DNA of 63,096 bases, filler included, from Candidatus Woesearchaeota archaeon (GTDB lineage: Archaea > Nanobdellota > Nanobdellia > Woesearchaeales > DATGWN01), in the NCBI GenBank assembly GCA_047603125.1. It is 9 parts of 9 records of this genome, joined end to end, with 100 filler letters (N's around TTAATTAATTAA, not from the genome) between each part and the next. Parts side by side here need not be neighbours in the genome. Positions count along the whole stretch, not along the records: positions 49,027 to 52,756 come from JBLKOU010000061.1; positions 52,857 to 56,398 come from JBLKOU010000062.1; positions 56,499 to 59,794 come from JBLKOU010000063.1; 6 more parts are not named here. One strand, written 5' to 3'. A model generated the notes under the pieces. It did no database searches. It saw nothing but the letters and a program-made list of their open reading frames with translations, and was not told the origin of the DNA. The position numbers and the translations under genes are program-made. Every line of letters begins with the position of its first letter. The first letter of the stretch is position 1. Below, one piece after another: positions 51,071 to 59,894 of the stretch.

Positions 51071-51447
51071 TTTCGTCGCTTCATTGAATTTGGCAAGTCA
51101 ATAACATACTTACCCTCCTCGAGTCTATAGACGAGTGGGTGTTTTTTATTGAATAATGCAACCAAATCTAATTCAAACTTACCGGGCTTGAGAACTTTTA
51201 CCGATTCAATGTCAAGAATAACGGGGATGGTTTTATCAATTTCATCTCCGATAATATCGTAAATATCTTTTTCAATTTTTTCACGATCTTTAGAAGTGAG
51301 ATTTTTATGAACCTTATCATGTTTGAGCCGGTCAATTTGATCGCGTCTGACATAGTAGAAAAGCTTAGCACCACAGCTACACCCAGTCAGGATGTGCTGA
51401 TCGCCATCCTCATACATTTTTCCGCAGCGTACGCATTGATGTGGCAT
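51067..51447 (-). CDS. oapC: OapC Zn-ribbon protein (DUF2072)
   Basis: MPHQCVRCG, ILTGCSCG, GKFELDL, EGKYVIDL. Confidence 0.9.
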   Translation of the reverse strand: MPHQCVRCGKMYEDGDQHILTGCSCGAKLFYYVRRDQIDRLKHDKVHKNLTSKDREKIEKDIYDIIGDEIDKTIPVILDIESVKVLKPGKFELDLVALFNKKHPLVYRLEEGKYVIDLPNSMKRRK

Positions 51448-51448
51448 A

Positions 51449-51823
51449 TTATTTTTTCACAGTATATAATTGAATTTTGTTAGGGTCTTGCTTAATTTCA
51501 CGAACAATCGTTGCAGGACCGATAATTGTCATTCCGTGGCTATCTCCAAGGAGCATGCTTGCTAGATGTTTTCGAATTTTTGCACCAAATGAATCACCAA
51601 CATTTGAGGGATTGATTGTTGCAAGCTCAATTCCTTTGAATTTTCGATTGATTTGCTCCATTGTTTTTCGAATGAGAGCGGCCTCTTCTACTTTTTTGAG
51701 CCGTCCTTCTAAGAGTGCAATCTTATCATCTTTTGCAATATTGAGCAAATATTCAATTCTTTGTTCCTCACTCAACGAAGAAATTTCATTGTATGGAACA
51801 TATTGGAGGACGATGTCTTTCAT
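51449..51823 (-). CDS. oapB: OapB (DUF2073)
   Basis: LEGRL...EE..LI..TM, F.GIE, TIIGPA. Confidence 0.9.
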   Translation of the reverse strand: MKDIVLQYVPYNEISSLSEEQRIEYLLNIAKDDKIALLEGRLKKVEEAALIRKTMEQINRKFKGIELATINPSNVGDSFGAKIRKHLASMLLGDSHGMTIIGPATIVREIKQDPNKIQLYTVKK

Positions 51824-52449
51824 TTTACAAGTTCAAACAAAGCTTCATAGAGCTGGTCAACATTTTTACCATGTTTTGCGGAAATTCCGACAACTTTGTA
51901 TTGGGGAAATGCAGCTTCAATGCGTTTGACATCTGATTTTTTCAAATCAACCTTGTTTGCACCAATGAGCACAGGAATGTCTCTTGCAGCTAAATTTCCA
52001 ATAATTGTGATATTTACTTGTGTATAGGGGTCAGTTGTTGAATCAAGAACAACGATGACTGCATCCATATCATCAAGCCATTTAATAGAGTCAATAACAC
52101 CCTTTGTCGCTTCTTTTGAGCGAACCTTTGCTTCTTTTTCTTTAAGACCAAAGCGCAAAAATTCTTCATAATCGATTTTTGTTGCAATACCCGGTGTATC
52201 TACTAAGTTAAATGCAATTTCCCGACCCTTTGATTTGATAACAATCTCTTCTTTAATTTGAATTTCACGCGTTTCATGCGCCATATGAGAAACTGAACCC
52301 ATCTCTTCGCCCAACCAATCCATACAAATTCGATTCGCAAGCGTCGTTTTACCCCCATTGGGTGGTCCGTATAATCCTAATTTTATCTTTTTTTTCTTCT
52401 TAAATCCTGAGAAGAACCTGTCTAGCAATGAATTAAATAGTTTTAGCAT
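51820..52449 (-). CDS. oapA: OapA Era-like GTPase
   Basis: GPPNGGKTTLAN, HETR, DTPG, DPYTQVN, NKVD. Confidence 0.92.
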   Translation of the reverse strand: MLKLFNSLLDRFFSGFKKKKKIKLGLYGPPNGGKTTLANRICMDWLGEEMGSVSHMAHETREIQIKEEIVIKSKGREIAFNLVDTPGIATKIDYEEFLRFGLKEKEAKVRSKEATKGVIDSIKWLDDMDAVIVVLDSTTDPYTQVNITIIGNLAARDIPVLIGANKVDLKKSDVKRIEAAFPQYKVVGISAKHGKNVDQLYEALFELVK

Positions 52450-52495
52450 ACTATGTGAGGCTGATTGCAACTTTATAAATGTTATTGTTTGATAT

Positions 52496-52677
52496 AGTAT
52501 CTCCGAATAGACGTACCTAAACTGTACAAGCACTTATGCCTTGAAGCGAAATCACAAAATTAGCCGACTGTCTGCAGGCTAATTTTGGCGTATATCTCAC
52601 CGGGAAGGTTGAAAGTAACGTCTTCAACCTTGAAGACTTTAGTCTGAAAAGCTGGGATGAAATCTTCGCATAAGTGC
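52496..52677 (+). repeat. Structured repeat subfamily E, long form (44-nt insert at 52607-52650)
   Basis: Aligns to the reverse complement of 16251-16387. Confidence 0.92.
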
Positions 52678-52859
52678 AAAAGAAGAGAGAATCTTCTGCT
52701 CTGCATCGCTTATTGGAGCACCAAACAACGGCTTTGATTTCTTCCATTTTTCTAATNNNNNNNNNNNNNNNNNNNNNNNNNNNNNNNNNNNNNNNNNNNN
52801 TTAATTAATTAANNNNNNNNNNNNNNNNNNNNNNNNNNNNNNNNNNNNNNNNNNNNATT

Positions 52860-53035
52860 TAGTTAGCGGTAAAAGAAAAGCATAACTCCTTGGCGTGAAA
52901 CCAAAAATCAGAGTGATTGTTTGAAAGCCTCTTTCAAACTTGAGGATGAGAATCTGAAAACATGCAGCTCTGATTTTGCAAACTTGACAACTGTCGTGAA
53001 ATCGCCGAGTTATGCGAAATTAATGCCGTCGACTA
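52860..53035 (+). repeat. Structured repeat subfamily A, long form
   Basis: Aligns to 15384-15559. Confidence 0.95.
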
Positions 53036-53083
53036 ATTGTTCCATGTTTAATGAGATTTGTAAATTTGAGCTTCACCGAGTAA

Positions 53084-53150
53084 TTGTTTTTTAAAGAAGA
53101 GCACGCAGATTTTGCTGTAAGGTGCTCTTCTTTTTTTGGGTGGAGCCCTC
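53084..53150 (-). repeat. Subfamily B internal-deletion derivative
   Basis: AAAGAAGAGCAC CTT ACAG CAAAAT CTGC GTGCTCTTCTTT with B-type flanks. Confidence 0.8.
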
Positions 53151-53192
53151 AAATCTGTAACATTTATAAACTCACAGATGCCAAAAAGAGGT

Positions 53193-53984
53193 ATGGTTTT
53201 AGAACTGCTCTTAAATCCAAAAATTGAACGTGCGCATAAGAGTAAGTTTGTTCTTGTTGGTTTTTTATATACATTGCTTGCATGTGGTATTGCGCTCTTA
53301 GTCTTTCCCTCGCAAAGCAGCATTTTAAGCGTTTTTTTAGTGGTGCTTAGTGTCGCACCCTTCATGTATCATATGCTTGAGCGGGAAGAAATAAAGGAAC
53401 TGTCTTTTATTCATCCAGGGCAATTATTAAAGGAATATGGAAATATCATTTCTGTTTTGTTATTGCTGTTTTTAGGCATTGTTTTAGGATATACGATAAT
53501 GTATCTGTATAATCCCGATAGTGCGCTCTTTGAGCTGCAACGTCCATATATAGAAAATCGGCAGGTTCCTACGCCTGAGCATTTTGAGAGCATTTTTTTG
53601 AATAATGTTATTGTCTTGCTTATCTGCGGGGCGTTTGCGTTTTTCTTTGGTTTTGGTGCTATTTTTGTGATAACCTGGAATGCGACCATTTTAAGTTTAG
53701 CCATTGGCTCATCCATTGTTTATGCGGGTGAGACGGGGAGTGTACTTGCGTTTTTTATTGCATTTTTTCAATTCATCCCCCATGGTATATTTGAAATAGG
53801 TGCGTATTTTTTAGCAGGAATGGGTGGCTCATTTATTTCTTTTGGTATTATTCATAAAGAATATACACAGGGATTATTCTCAAAGACACTCTCGGATGGT
53901 TTTTTTCTCTTTTTTTTAGCCATTATTTGTTTAGTCTTTGCAACATTTATTGAAATAATGGTGTATCCATTACTGTTCATGTGA
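53193..53984 (+). CDS. SpoIIM/DUF95 family membrane protein
   Basis: IFLNN, WNA, PHGIFE, A..IE. Confidence 0.9.
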   Translation: MVLELLLNPKIERAHKSKFVLVGFLYTLLACGIALLVFPSQSSILSVFLVVLSVAPFMYHMLEREEIKELSFIHPGQLLKEYGNIISVLLLLFLGIVLGYTIMYLYNPDSALFELQRPYIENRQVPTPEHFESIFLNNVIVLLICGAFAFFFGFGAIFVITWNATILSLAIGSSIVYAGETGSVLAFFIAFFQFIPHGIFEIGAYFLAGMGGSFISFGIIHKEYTQGLFSKTLSDGFFLFFLAIICLVFATFIEIMVYPLLFM

Positions 53985-54053
53985 GGATTTTTTATTTTGT
54001 AGTGGCACTGTATAAAGAAAATCTTTATAAATGGGATTTCCACAAAAGTATGT

Positions 54054-54308
54054 ATGGTAATGACAAGACAGCTGTGGCGGACAAAATATCCTTGGATTTT
54101 GGTGATGTATATTTTTGCGTTTGGTGTATTTATTGGTCTTATGAAAATGAACCTGCAGACAAATACGGGATTAATTTCAGCTGATTTAGTTAATTTTTAT
54201 ATGAATTTACTCATGATGTTAATTTTTACCAGTTATGTATTTTTATTTATATTCTATATTTACGGTGTGCGTCCTTTGGAGTTGGAGCATCATTTTCGCC
54301 GCCGCTAA
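54054..54308 (+). CDS. Small two-TM membrane protein
   Basis: Two hydrophobic helices; TATA about 30 nt upstream. Confidence 0.7.
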   Translation: MVMTRQLWRTKYPWILVMYIFAFGVFIGLMKMNLQTNTGLISADLVNFYMNLLMMLIFTSYVFLFIFYIYGVRPLELEHHFRRR

Positions 54309-54328
54309 ATTCTTTTTTTTCTTACATG

Positions 54329-54462
54329 TAGTTAGCGGCAAAAGAAAAGCATAACTCCTTGGCGTAAAATCAAAAATCAGAGCGATTCATGCAGCTCTGA
54401 TTTTGCAAACTTGACAACTGTCGTGAAATCGCCGGGTTATGCGAAATTAATGTCGTCGACTA
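54329..54462 (+). repeat. Structured repeat subfamily A, short form
   Basis: Reverse complement of 7030-7163. Confidence 0.95.
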
Positions 54463-54508
54463 ATGAGTCGTTAGGTTTATATACGATTGACGTGTTCAAG
54501 GTAGTATA

Positions 54509-55915
54509 ATGGCAAAAAGTGATTTAGGAATTACCGTCTCAAAACAAGAAGACATTGCACAGTGGTATGAGCAAATTTGTTTGAAGTCGCAAATTGCAGA
54601 TTTTGGTGATGTACGAGGAACAATCGTCATTCGAGCACGTGGATATTACATGTGGGAGCAAATACAGGCATTTGTAAATGAACAAATTGTTCGAGCGCTT
54701 AATGTTGATAATTGTTATTTTCCATTATTTATTCCTGAACGGTTTTTTGTTAAAGAAGCAGAGCATGCAAAAGGGTTTGCTCCGGAGCTTGCTTGGGTGA
54801 CAACTTCACAGGGTGAGGGTGGGGAGAAAGCAATCATTCGCCCGACGTCTGAGACAATAATTGTGGATAATATGCGAAAATGGCTTCGAAATTATAGACA
54901 ATTACCTATCAAAGTCAATCAATGGGCAAATGTGGTTCGCTGGGAAGTCAAACAAACAAAATTATTTTTACGTGGTCGAGAATTTTTGTGGCAGGAAGGG
55001 CATTGTATTTACCAAACACAAGAAGAGTGTGAGGCTGATGTAAAGCAGGTTTTATCGTTATATGAAAAATTATGTTCGGATGTGTTAGCACTTCCTGTTT
55101 TTGCAGGTGAAAAATCGCCAATGGAGCGCTTTCCTGGAGCAAAAAAAACATTTGGAATCGAATCAATTATGCCTGATGGAAAGTCATTGCAGATGGGAAC
55201 ATCGCATTATTTAGGACAAGGGTTTATGGAAGCATTTGATGTAAAGTTTATGGGTTCAGATGGGCAAGAACATTATCCTCATTACAATTCGTGGGGTGTT
55301 TCAACACGGCTTTTAGGAGCAGTAATTATGATGCACTCGGATGATCGCGGTCTTGTTTTACCACCCAAATTAGCAAAGCAAAAAGTAGTTGTTATACCCG
55401 TAAAAGAAGATGATGTTGAATATGCAAATACTGTAGCAGCATCTTGTGGTGCAATGCTTGATGATAGAGAAGGATATTCGCTTGGGTTTAAGCTCTCAGA
55501 CACAGAACTGCAAGGAATTCCGTTGACAATTATCATCGGTGCGCGCGAGCGAGAAACAAAAATGGCAACAGTAAAAGCTCGAGATACGGGTGAGAAAGTT
55601 CAAGTTCCAGTTGCCGATGTTCCGTCTTTTGTTCATGAGCAGCTCGAACAAATGCACACAAGATTATTTGAAAAGGCAAAAGAATGGATGGATTCTTGTA
55701 TTGTGGATGTGCAAACTCAAGATGAATTTGAAGTCCAATTACAAGCGGGAAAGACCGTTCGGGCGTATTTTAGTGGTGATGAGACAGCTGAAGAACAATT
55801 AAAAGAACGATTGGGTATTACGAGTCGTTTATTACAAGAAGCAAAAACGCCGGGTGTATGCATTCTTACGGGTAAAAAAACGCAAACGATTGCAACATTT
55901 GGAAAAAGTTACTAA
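54509..55915 (+). CDS. proS: Proline--tRNA ligase (archaeal/eukaryotic type)
   Basis: RPTSET, VVRWE, REFLWQEGH, SWGVSTR, terminal KSY. Confidence 0.98.
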   Translation: MAKSDLGITVSKQEDIAQWYEQICLKSQIADFGDVRGTIVIRARGYYMWEQIQAFVNEQIVRALNVDNCYFPLFIPERFFVKEAEHAKGFAPELAWVTTSQGEGGEKAIIRPTSETIIVDNMRKWLRNYRQLPIKVNQWANVVRWEVKQTKLFLRGREFLWQEGHCIYQTQEECEADVKQVLSLYEKLCSDVLALPVFAGEKSPMERFPGAKKTFGIESIMPDGKSLQMGTSHYLGQGFMEAFDVKFMGSDGQEHYPHYNSWGVSTRLLGAVIMMHSDDRGLVLPPKLAKQKVVVIPVKEDDVEYANTVAASCGAMLDDREGYSLGFKLSDTELQGIPLTIIIGARERETKMATVKARDTGEKVQVPVADVPSFVHEQLEQMHTRLFEKAKEWMDSCIVDVQTQDEFEVQLQAGKTVRAYFSGDETAEEQLKERLGITSRLLQEAKTPGVCILTGKKTQTIATFGKSY

Positions 55916-55917
55916 TC

Positions 55918-56398
55918 ATGCATCAATTAAGGATTGAAAATTGGTCAAATGAAATAGCATCTCAAGGATTGGAGCAGTTTATTCAGACTCGATGTACGCG
56001 AATTAGAAAATCGTGTGCGCAGTTTCAATTTTATGCAGATATGCTCTTTGTTACGTATCAAGAACTAAAAGACGAAGAATCTGAATACTTGCATCATTTG
56101 CCTACGCTTTTTTCAACGGAACATGAGGATTTTTATAATCCTGAATTAGTTGAGAAATTGCAGACGCGTTATTCTCAATCACAACTAGATTTAATTGCTT
56201 TGTCCTGGACAAAACGGTTTGATGTTTCTCGCTCATTTTTGTATTTAACAAGATCTGCTCGGGCATATGAAGTAAGTGTTCGTTTATTTGATCAGTCTTG
56301 GAATGGTTTTTTAGATGTGATTGGAAATAAATTAACGAATCGGGGAGAGTATATGCGTCACAAATGGAAAACTCGAAGAGGGTGGATTAAAGTTAGTG
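55918..56398 (+). CDS. Hypothetical protein, 3'-partial
   Basis: ORF runs into the gap. Confidence 0.6.
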
Positions 56399-56571
56399 NN
56401 NNNNNNNNNNNNNNNNNNNNNNNNNNNNNNNNNNNNNNNNNNTTAATTAATTAANNNNNNNNNNNNNNNNNNNNNNNNNNNNNNNNNNNNNNNNNNNNTG
56501 CTCTTTTTTATTTTTTAAATCAGCTCTAGAATCTGATAATTTTATAAACTCACCTTACTTGGCTAGTTTCT

Positions 56572-57207
56572 ATGAATGCGCTTATGAGTCTGTTGTTAAA
56601 TATTGTTCTTCCAATTATCATTCTCCAACGATTTTCGCATATATCTCCTGTTCTTGTGCTCTGTATTGCTTTATTATTTCCAATCACCTACGGGTGTATT
56701 CGTTTGTATAAGAATAATACCTTTGATATTATTGCAATACTGGGAATTGTGAGCATTCTTCTCACAGGTGTTATCGGGGTTTTTGCACTTGATAATCAAT
56801 ATTTAGCGATAAAAGAAGCAGCTATACCGGGTGTTTTGACTTTGTTAATTTTTATCAGTGTTATTTTGAAATTTCCACTTTTAGAGAAAATAACGGCAAA
56901 ATTTGTGGATACTTCCTCATTAAAAAACAATAAACAATACAAGCAAAAATGCCAACGACTTACATGGTATTTATTAATCCCATTTGTTTTTTCAACCATC
57001 ACTAATTATTTTCTTACACAAGCCATTGTTAGCGCACCTTCTGGAACACAGGAATTTAATGCACAAATTGCAACACTAACCTGGGTCAGTGTTGGAGTCA
57101 TTGCTGTTCCAGCAACAATAGTAATGATGTTTATTTTTTACTCACTCATTTCTTTTATTGAAAAACATACAAATAAAGATTTTGAATCATTGCTTAAAAA
57201 ACAATGA
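56572..57207 (+). CDS. VC0807-like membrane protein
   Basis: NIVLP.IIL, LTG.IG, AIKEAAIP, GT.EFN. Confidence 0.8.
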   Translation: MNALMSLLLNIVLPIIILQRFSHISPVLVLCIALLFPITYGCIRLYKNNTFDIIAILGIVSILLTGVIGVFALDNQYLAIKEAAIPGVLTLLIFISVILKFPLLEKITAKFVDTSSLKNNKQYKQKCQRLTWYLLIPFVFSTITNYFLTQAIVSAPSGTQEFNAQIATLTWVSVGVIAVPATIVMMFIFYSLISFIEKHTNKDFESLLKKQ

Positions 57208-57760
57208 GGGGAACGATACTATCTGTAAACCACACTGCAAGTAATGCAACAAAAATAAAACGGATTGTTCGAGGCAAAAACATAATAAGCCAAATTTCTT
57301 TATGTGATAAGTGGTAAATACCACCAAGATAAGGAATGTATGGAACAGGACTCAATGAGCCTATAAAAAGTGCCCATTTGCCATAATGTTGATTCTCCAT
57401 AAATTTTTTATACTTTTTTTTGCCAAGCATAAATTTAACACCTTTTGAGCCAAATTTTCTTCCTATATACACACAAAAATATCCGGAAAGATAGCTTCCC
57501 AATAATACTAAGATAAGAATAATGTAAATAGAATGCTCACCATTAACAATCCCTAATATGAGCGGTACATCTGGCCCAACGGGTTGTAGGAGTGTGTCAA
57601 GAACAAAAGAGCCTATGAAAATACCAACTAGCCCATACTCTGATGCAAGAAACTCTGAAAACTCTTGAATGTAGACGGTGAGAAAAAAACCAAGAACAAA
57701 CATCAACACAATAAAAATAATAAATCCAAATCCGACTTTTTCGAGTATTTTTGACTTCAC
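57194..57760 (-). CDS. DedA/VTT family membrane protein
   Basis: P.GPD, Y.IGRKFG, SPVPY, R.IRF. Confidence 0.85.
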   Translation of the reverse strand: MKSKILEKVGFGFIIFIVLMFVLGFFLTVYIQEFSEFLASEYGLVGIFIGSFVLDTLLQPVGPDVPLILGIVNGEHSIYIILILVLLGSYLSGYFCVYIGRKFGSKGVKFMLGKKKYKKFMENQHYGKWALFIGSLSPVPYIPYLGGIYHLSHKEIWLIMFLPRTIRFIFVALLAVWFTDSIVPLIVF

Positions 57761-57796
57761 AAGAGTATTTATGTGTCTTCTTTTAAAAACTTATAT

Positions 57797-57930
57797 GAAA
57801 ACGAGGCTTCATCTAAAAATAAGAAAAAAGAGCACTTTGTAGTAAAATCCGAAAAGGCGTAGCCGAATTTTCGCATAATACTCAAAGCGGGACTCTTGAG
57901 CAAAATCTGCGTGCTCTTTTTTGAAAAATA
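57797..57930 (+). repeat. Structured repeat subfamily B (core 57824-57922)
   Basis: Aligns to the 17.4 kb and 43.2 kb copies; P3 arm replaced. Confidence 0.92.
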
Positions 57931-57931
57931 A

Positions 57932-58062
57932 CAAAAGTTCGCTGCTCGAAGCTATCCCGCCCTAAAGGGAAGGGGTATTACGCTTCTCACCTAATCGCGA
58001 ACTTTTGAATTGAGAGTTTGCGGACTGAAGTCCAGGGTATTGTACCCGCGAAACTCTCAATA
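57932..58062 (+). mobile_element. Repeat C, palindromic non-autonomous element with IS200/IS605-like hairpins
   Basis: CAAAAGTTCGC/GCGAACTTTTG and TTGAGAGTTT/AAACTCTCAA stems enclosing CCCTAAAGGG and GGACTGAAGTCC hairpins. Confidence 0.65.
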
Positions 58063-58086
58063 ATAATTAGATGGAATTAGTACTAT

Positions 58087-58782
58087 CTAGCCCACATAAG
58101 ACATAGATTTTTTTTCTTTTTCAGAAAGTGATTTTTGAGAGTTTTCCATGAGCATTTTTAGCTTTTTCTCAAAAACGACTGCTTGCTCTTCAAGTGGGTG
58201 TGGATCAACTTGTAATCCTAAATTAGCATCTAATACTTGTATAACAGCCGCAGCTGCATTACTATCTGGTAATTGTGAATGGGTGGTCGCAAAGTACGCA
58301 GTAATATTAAGATCCTTTGCTTTTGTCATAAGTGCTCCACTAACACCCATAACAATTCCTTCCTCAAGTGGTTTTGCTTGTGTGATGCTTCCCTCTTGAT
58401 GTGTTGTATAATAATAGATTTTTGGTTCTGTTGCCTGTGCATCAATGACTCCTTCTAAACAAATCACTTGCCACGCATCTAGTTGTTTTGCCAGTTCAAT
58501 GAGAATATTTGCAATATCCCACTCAAGTCCATCAAGTTTTGCAATAACATGAACGATGACTAAATTATGTTTTTTATTATAATAAATTCCAATTGGATCA
58601 ATAATTTTTCCTTTGTGAATTGCAATCATCGGTTGTGCTTTTTCAAATACCACGCGACCGATTTTTACAGTCTCTAAATGTTCGAGTAAGAATTCAGTTG
58701 TGATTGTTCCAATTAAACCAAGTGTAGGAAAGCCCCCGACAATATTTGGTTTTTCAGGGTACTGCTCTAAATGTATATGCAT
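58087..58782 (-). CDS. PAC2 family proteasome assembly chaperone
   Basis: GFP..GLIGTI, G.VMGVSGAL, PDS.AAA. Confidence 0.9.
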   Translation of the reverse strand: MHIHLEQYPEKPNIVGGFPTLGLIGTITTEFLLEHLETVKIGRVVFEKAQPMIAIHKGKIIDPIGIYYNKKHNLVIVHVIAKLDGLEWDIANILIELAKQLDAWQVICLEGVIDAQATEPKIYYYTTHQEGSITQAKPLEEGIVMGVSGALMTKAKDLNITAYFATTHSQLPDSNAAAAVIQVLDANLGLQVDPHPLEEQAVVFEKKLKMLMENSQKSLSEKEKKSMSYVG

Positions 58783-58880
58783 GTCTGCTTTTTATGAATG
58801 ACCATATTTAAATGTTTGTGTAATCATATGATGATTCAAACGAGAAGCTTTATAAATACGTGGTAGCCTTCCAAAAATAT

Positions 58881-58952
58881 GCCTCAGTAGCTCAGTGGTA
58901 GAGCACCTGACTTGTAATCAGGAGGTCGAGGGTTCAAGTCCCTCTTGAGGCT
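58881..58952 (+). tRNA. tRNA-Thr(TGT)
   Basis: Cloverleaf with CCTGA-CTTGTAA-TCAGG arm; T73; TATA at 58849-58856. Confidence 0.97.
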
Positions 58953-58964
58953 TGGTTTTTTTCT

Positions 58965-59486
58965 CTATGTATTATTGTAATGTACATTAACAAAATCATC
59001 TAGTCGCCCATTACAGGGTAGTCTACATGTATTGCACTCACCCATAATTTTTTGAACCGCAAGTTGACGAGTAGCTAATTGTAAGTAATGTTGTCTTTCT
59101 TGTTCATTGAGTCGCAATAATGGGTGTAAACTATTTTGCACAGTTCCAATAATGTACATTCTTCCAACACCAAGTGAGTTTCTAAATGTGCGTTGATTCT
59201 CTTCCCAGAAAGTCCCTGTGATTGGTTGACCTGCTTCATGTAGTCTTGCTCTATCTCGAAGGCCAATTCGCAATGCATAAATATTCATTCCTTGATGGAT
59301 TCTATCACCGTCTTGTTCACAAAGTGTTTGTAAATTAGGAGCCCACTTGTCTGTAAGCAAGTCCCTTGGTGTTACTGGACTAAAATCATCTTGTGGTTGT
59401 CCGATGCTGTATGCAAAATTAGGGGCTGCAAGAATATTGGCATAGTGGCGCAATGCAGCCATTTGTGGTGTATGTGCTGTATTCAT
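58965..59486 (-). CDS. Hypothetical protein between two tRNA-Thr genes
   Basis: 173-aa ORF with C-terminal CxxCxxxC; own TATA. Confidence 0.65.
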   Translation of the reverse strand: MNTAHTPQMAALRHYANILAAPNFAYSIGQPQDDFSPVTPRDLLTDKWAPNLQTLCEQDGDRIHQGMNIYALRIGLRDRARLHEAGQPITGTFWEENQRTFRNSLGVGRMYIIGTVQNSLHPLLRLNEQERQHYLQLATRQLAVQKIMGECNTCRLPCNGRLDDFVNVHYNNT

Positions 59487-59600
59487 AGACGTAATTTTTA
59501 TCTATTTGTATTTATAAACTCAATGGGTTTTCTTTGATATAAATATACCAAAGAAGAAATAAGAAATTTTATAAATAACCCACCAGCCATGCTCTATGTC

Positions 59601-59672
59601 GCCTCAGTAGCTCAGCGGTAGAGCGGCTGCCTAGTAAGCAGCAGGTCGGGGGTTCAATTCCCTCCTGAGGCT
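59601..59672 (+). tRNA. tRNA-Thr(AGT)
   Basis: Cloverleaf with GCTGC-CTAGTAA-GCAGC arm; anticodon AGT at 59633-59635; TATA at 59568-59575; T-tract follows. Confidence 0.93.
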
Positions 59673-59894
59673 TTTTTCTGGTTTATTTCGCAGAGTAGTT
59701 TTCTGTAACCATAATTTAGTACGTAAAAAGTTAGGTTTTTACCATTCTTAGATTTTGAAAGATATTTTTCCCTTGTAATTTCCAAGTATGTATTNNNNNN
59801 NNNNNNNNNNNNNNNNNNNNNNNNNNNNNNNNNNNNNNTTAATTAATTAANNNNNNNNNNNNNNNNNNNNNNNNNNNNNNNNNNNNNNNNNNNN

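Noticed and set aside
58881..59672. Integrated element between two tRNA-Thr genes (attL/attR)
   Set aside because: Both tRNAs are complete, differ internally and have their own promoters; no integrase
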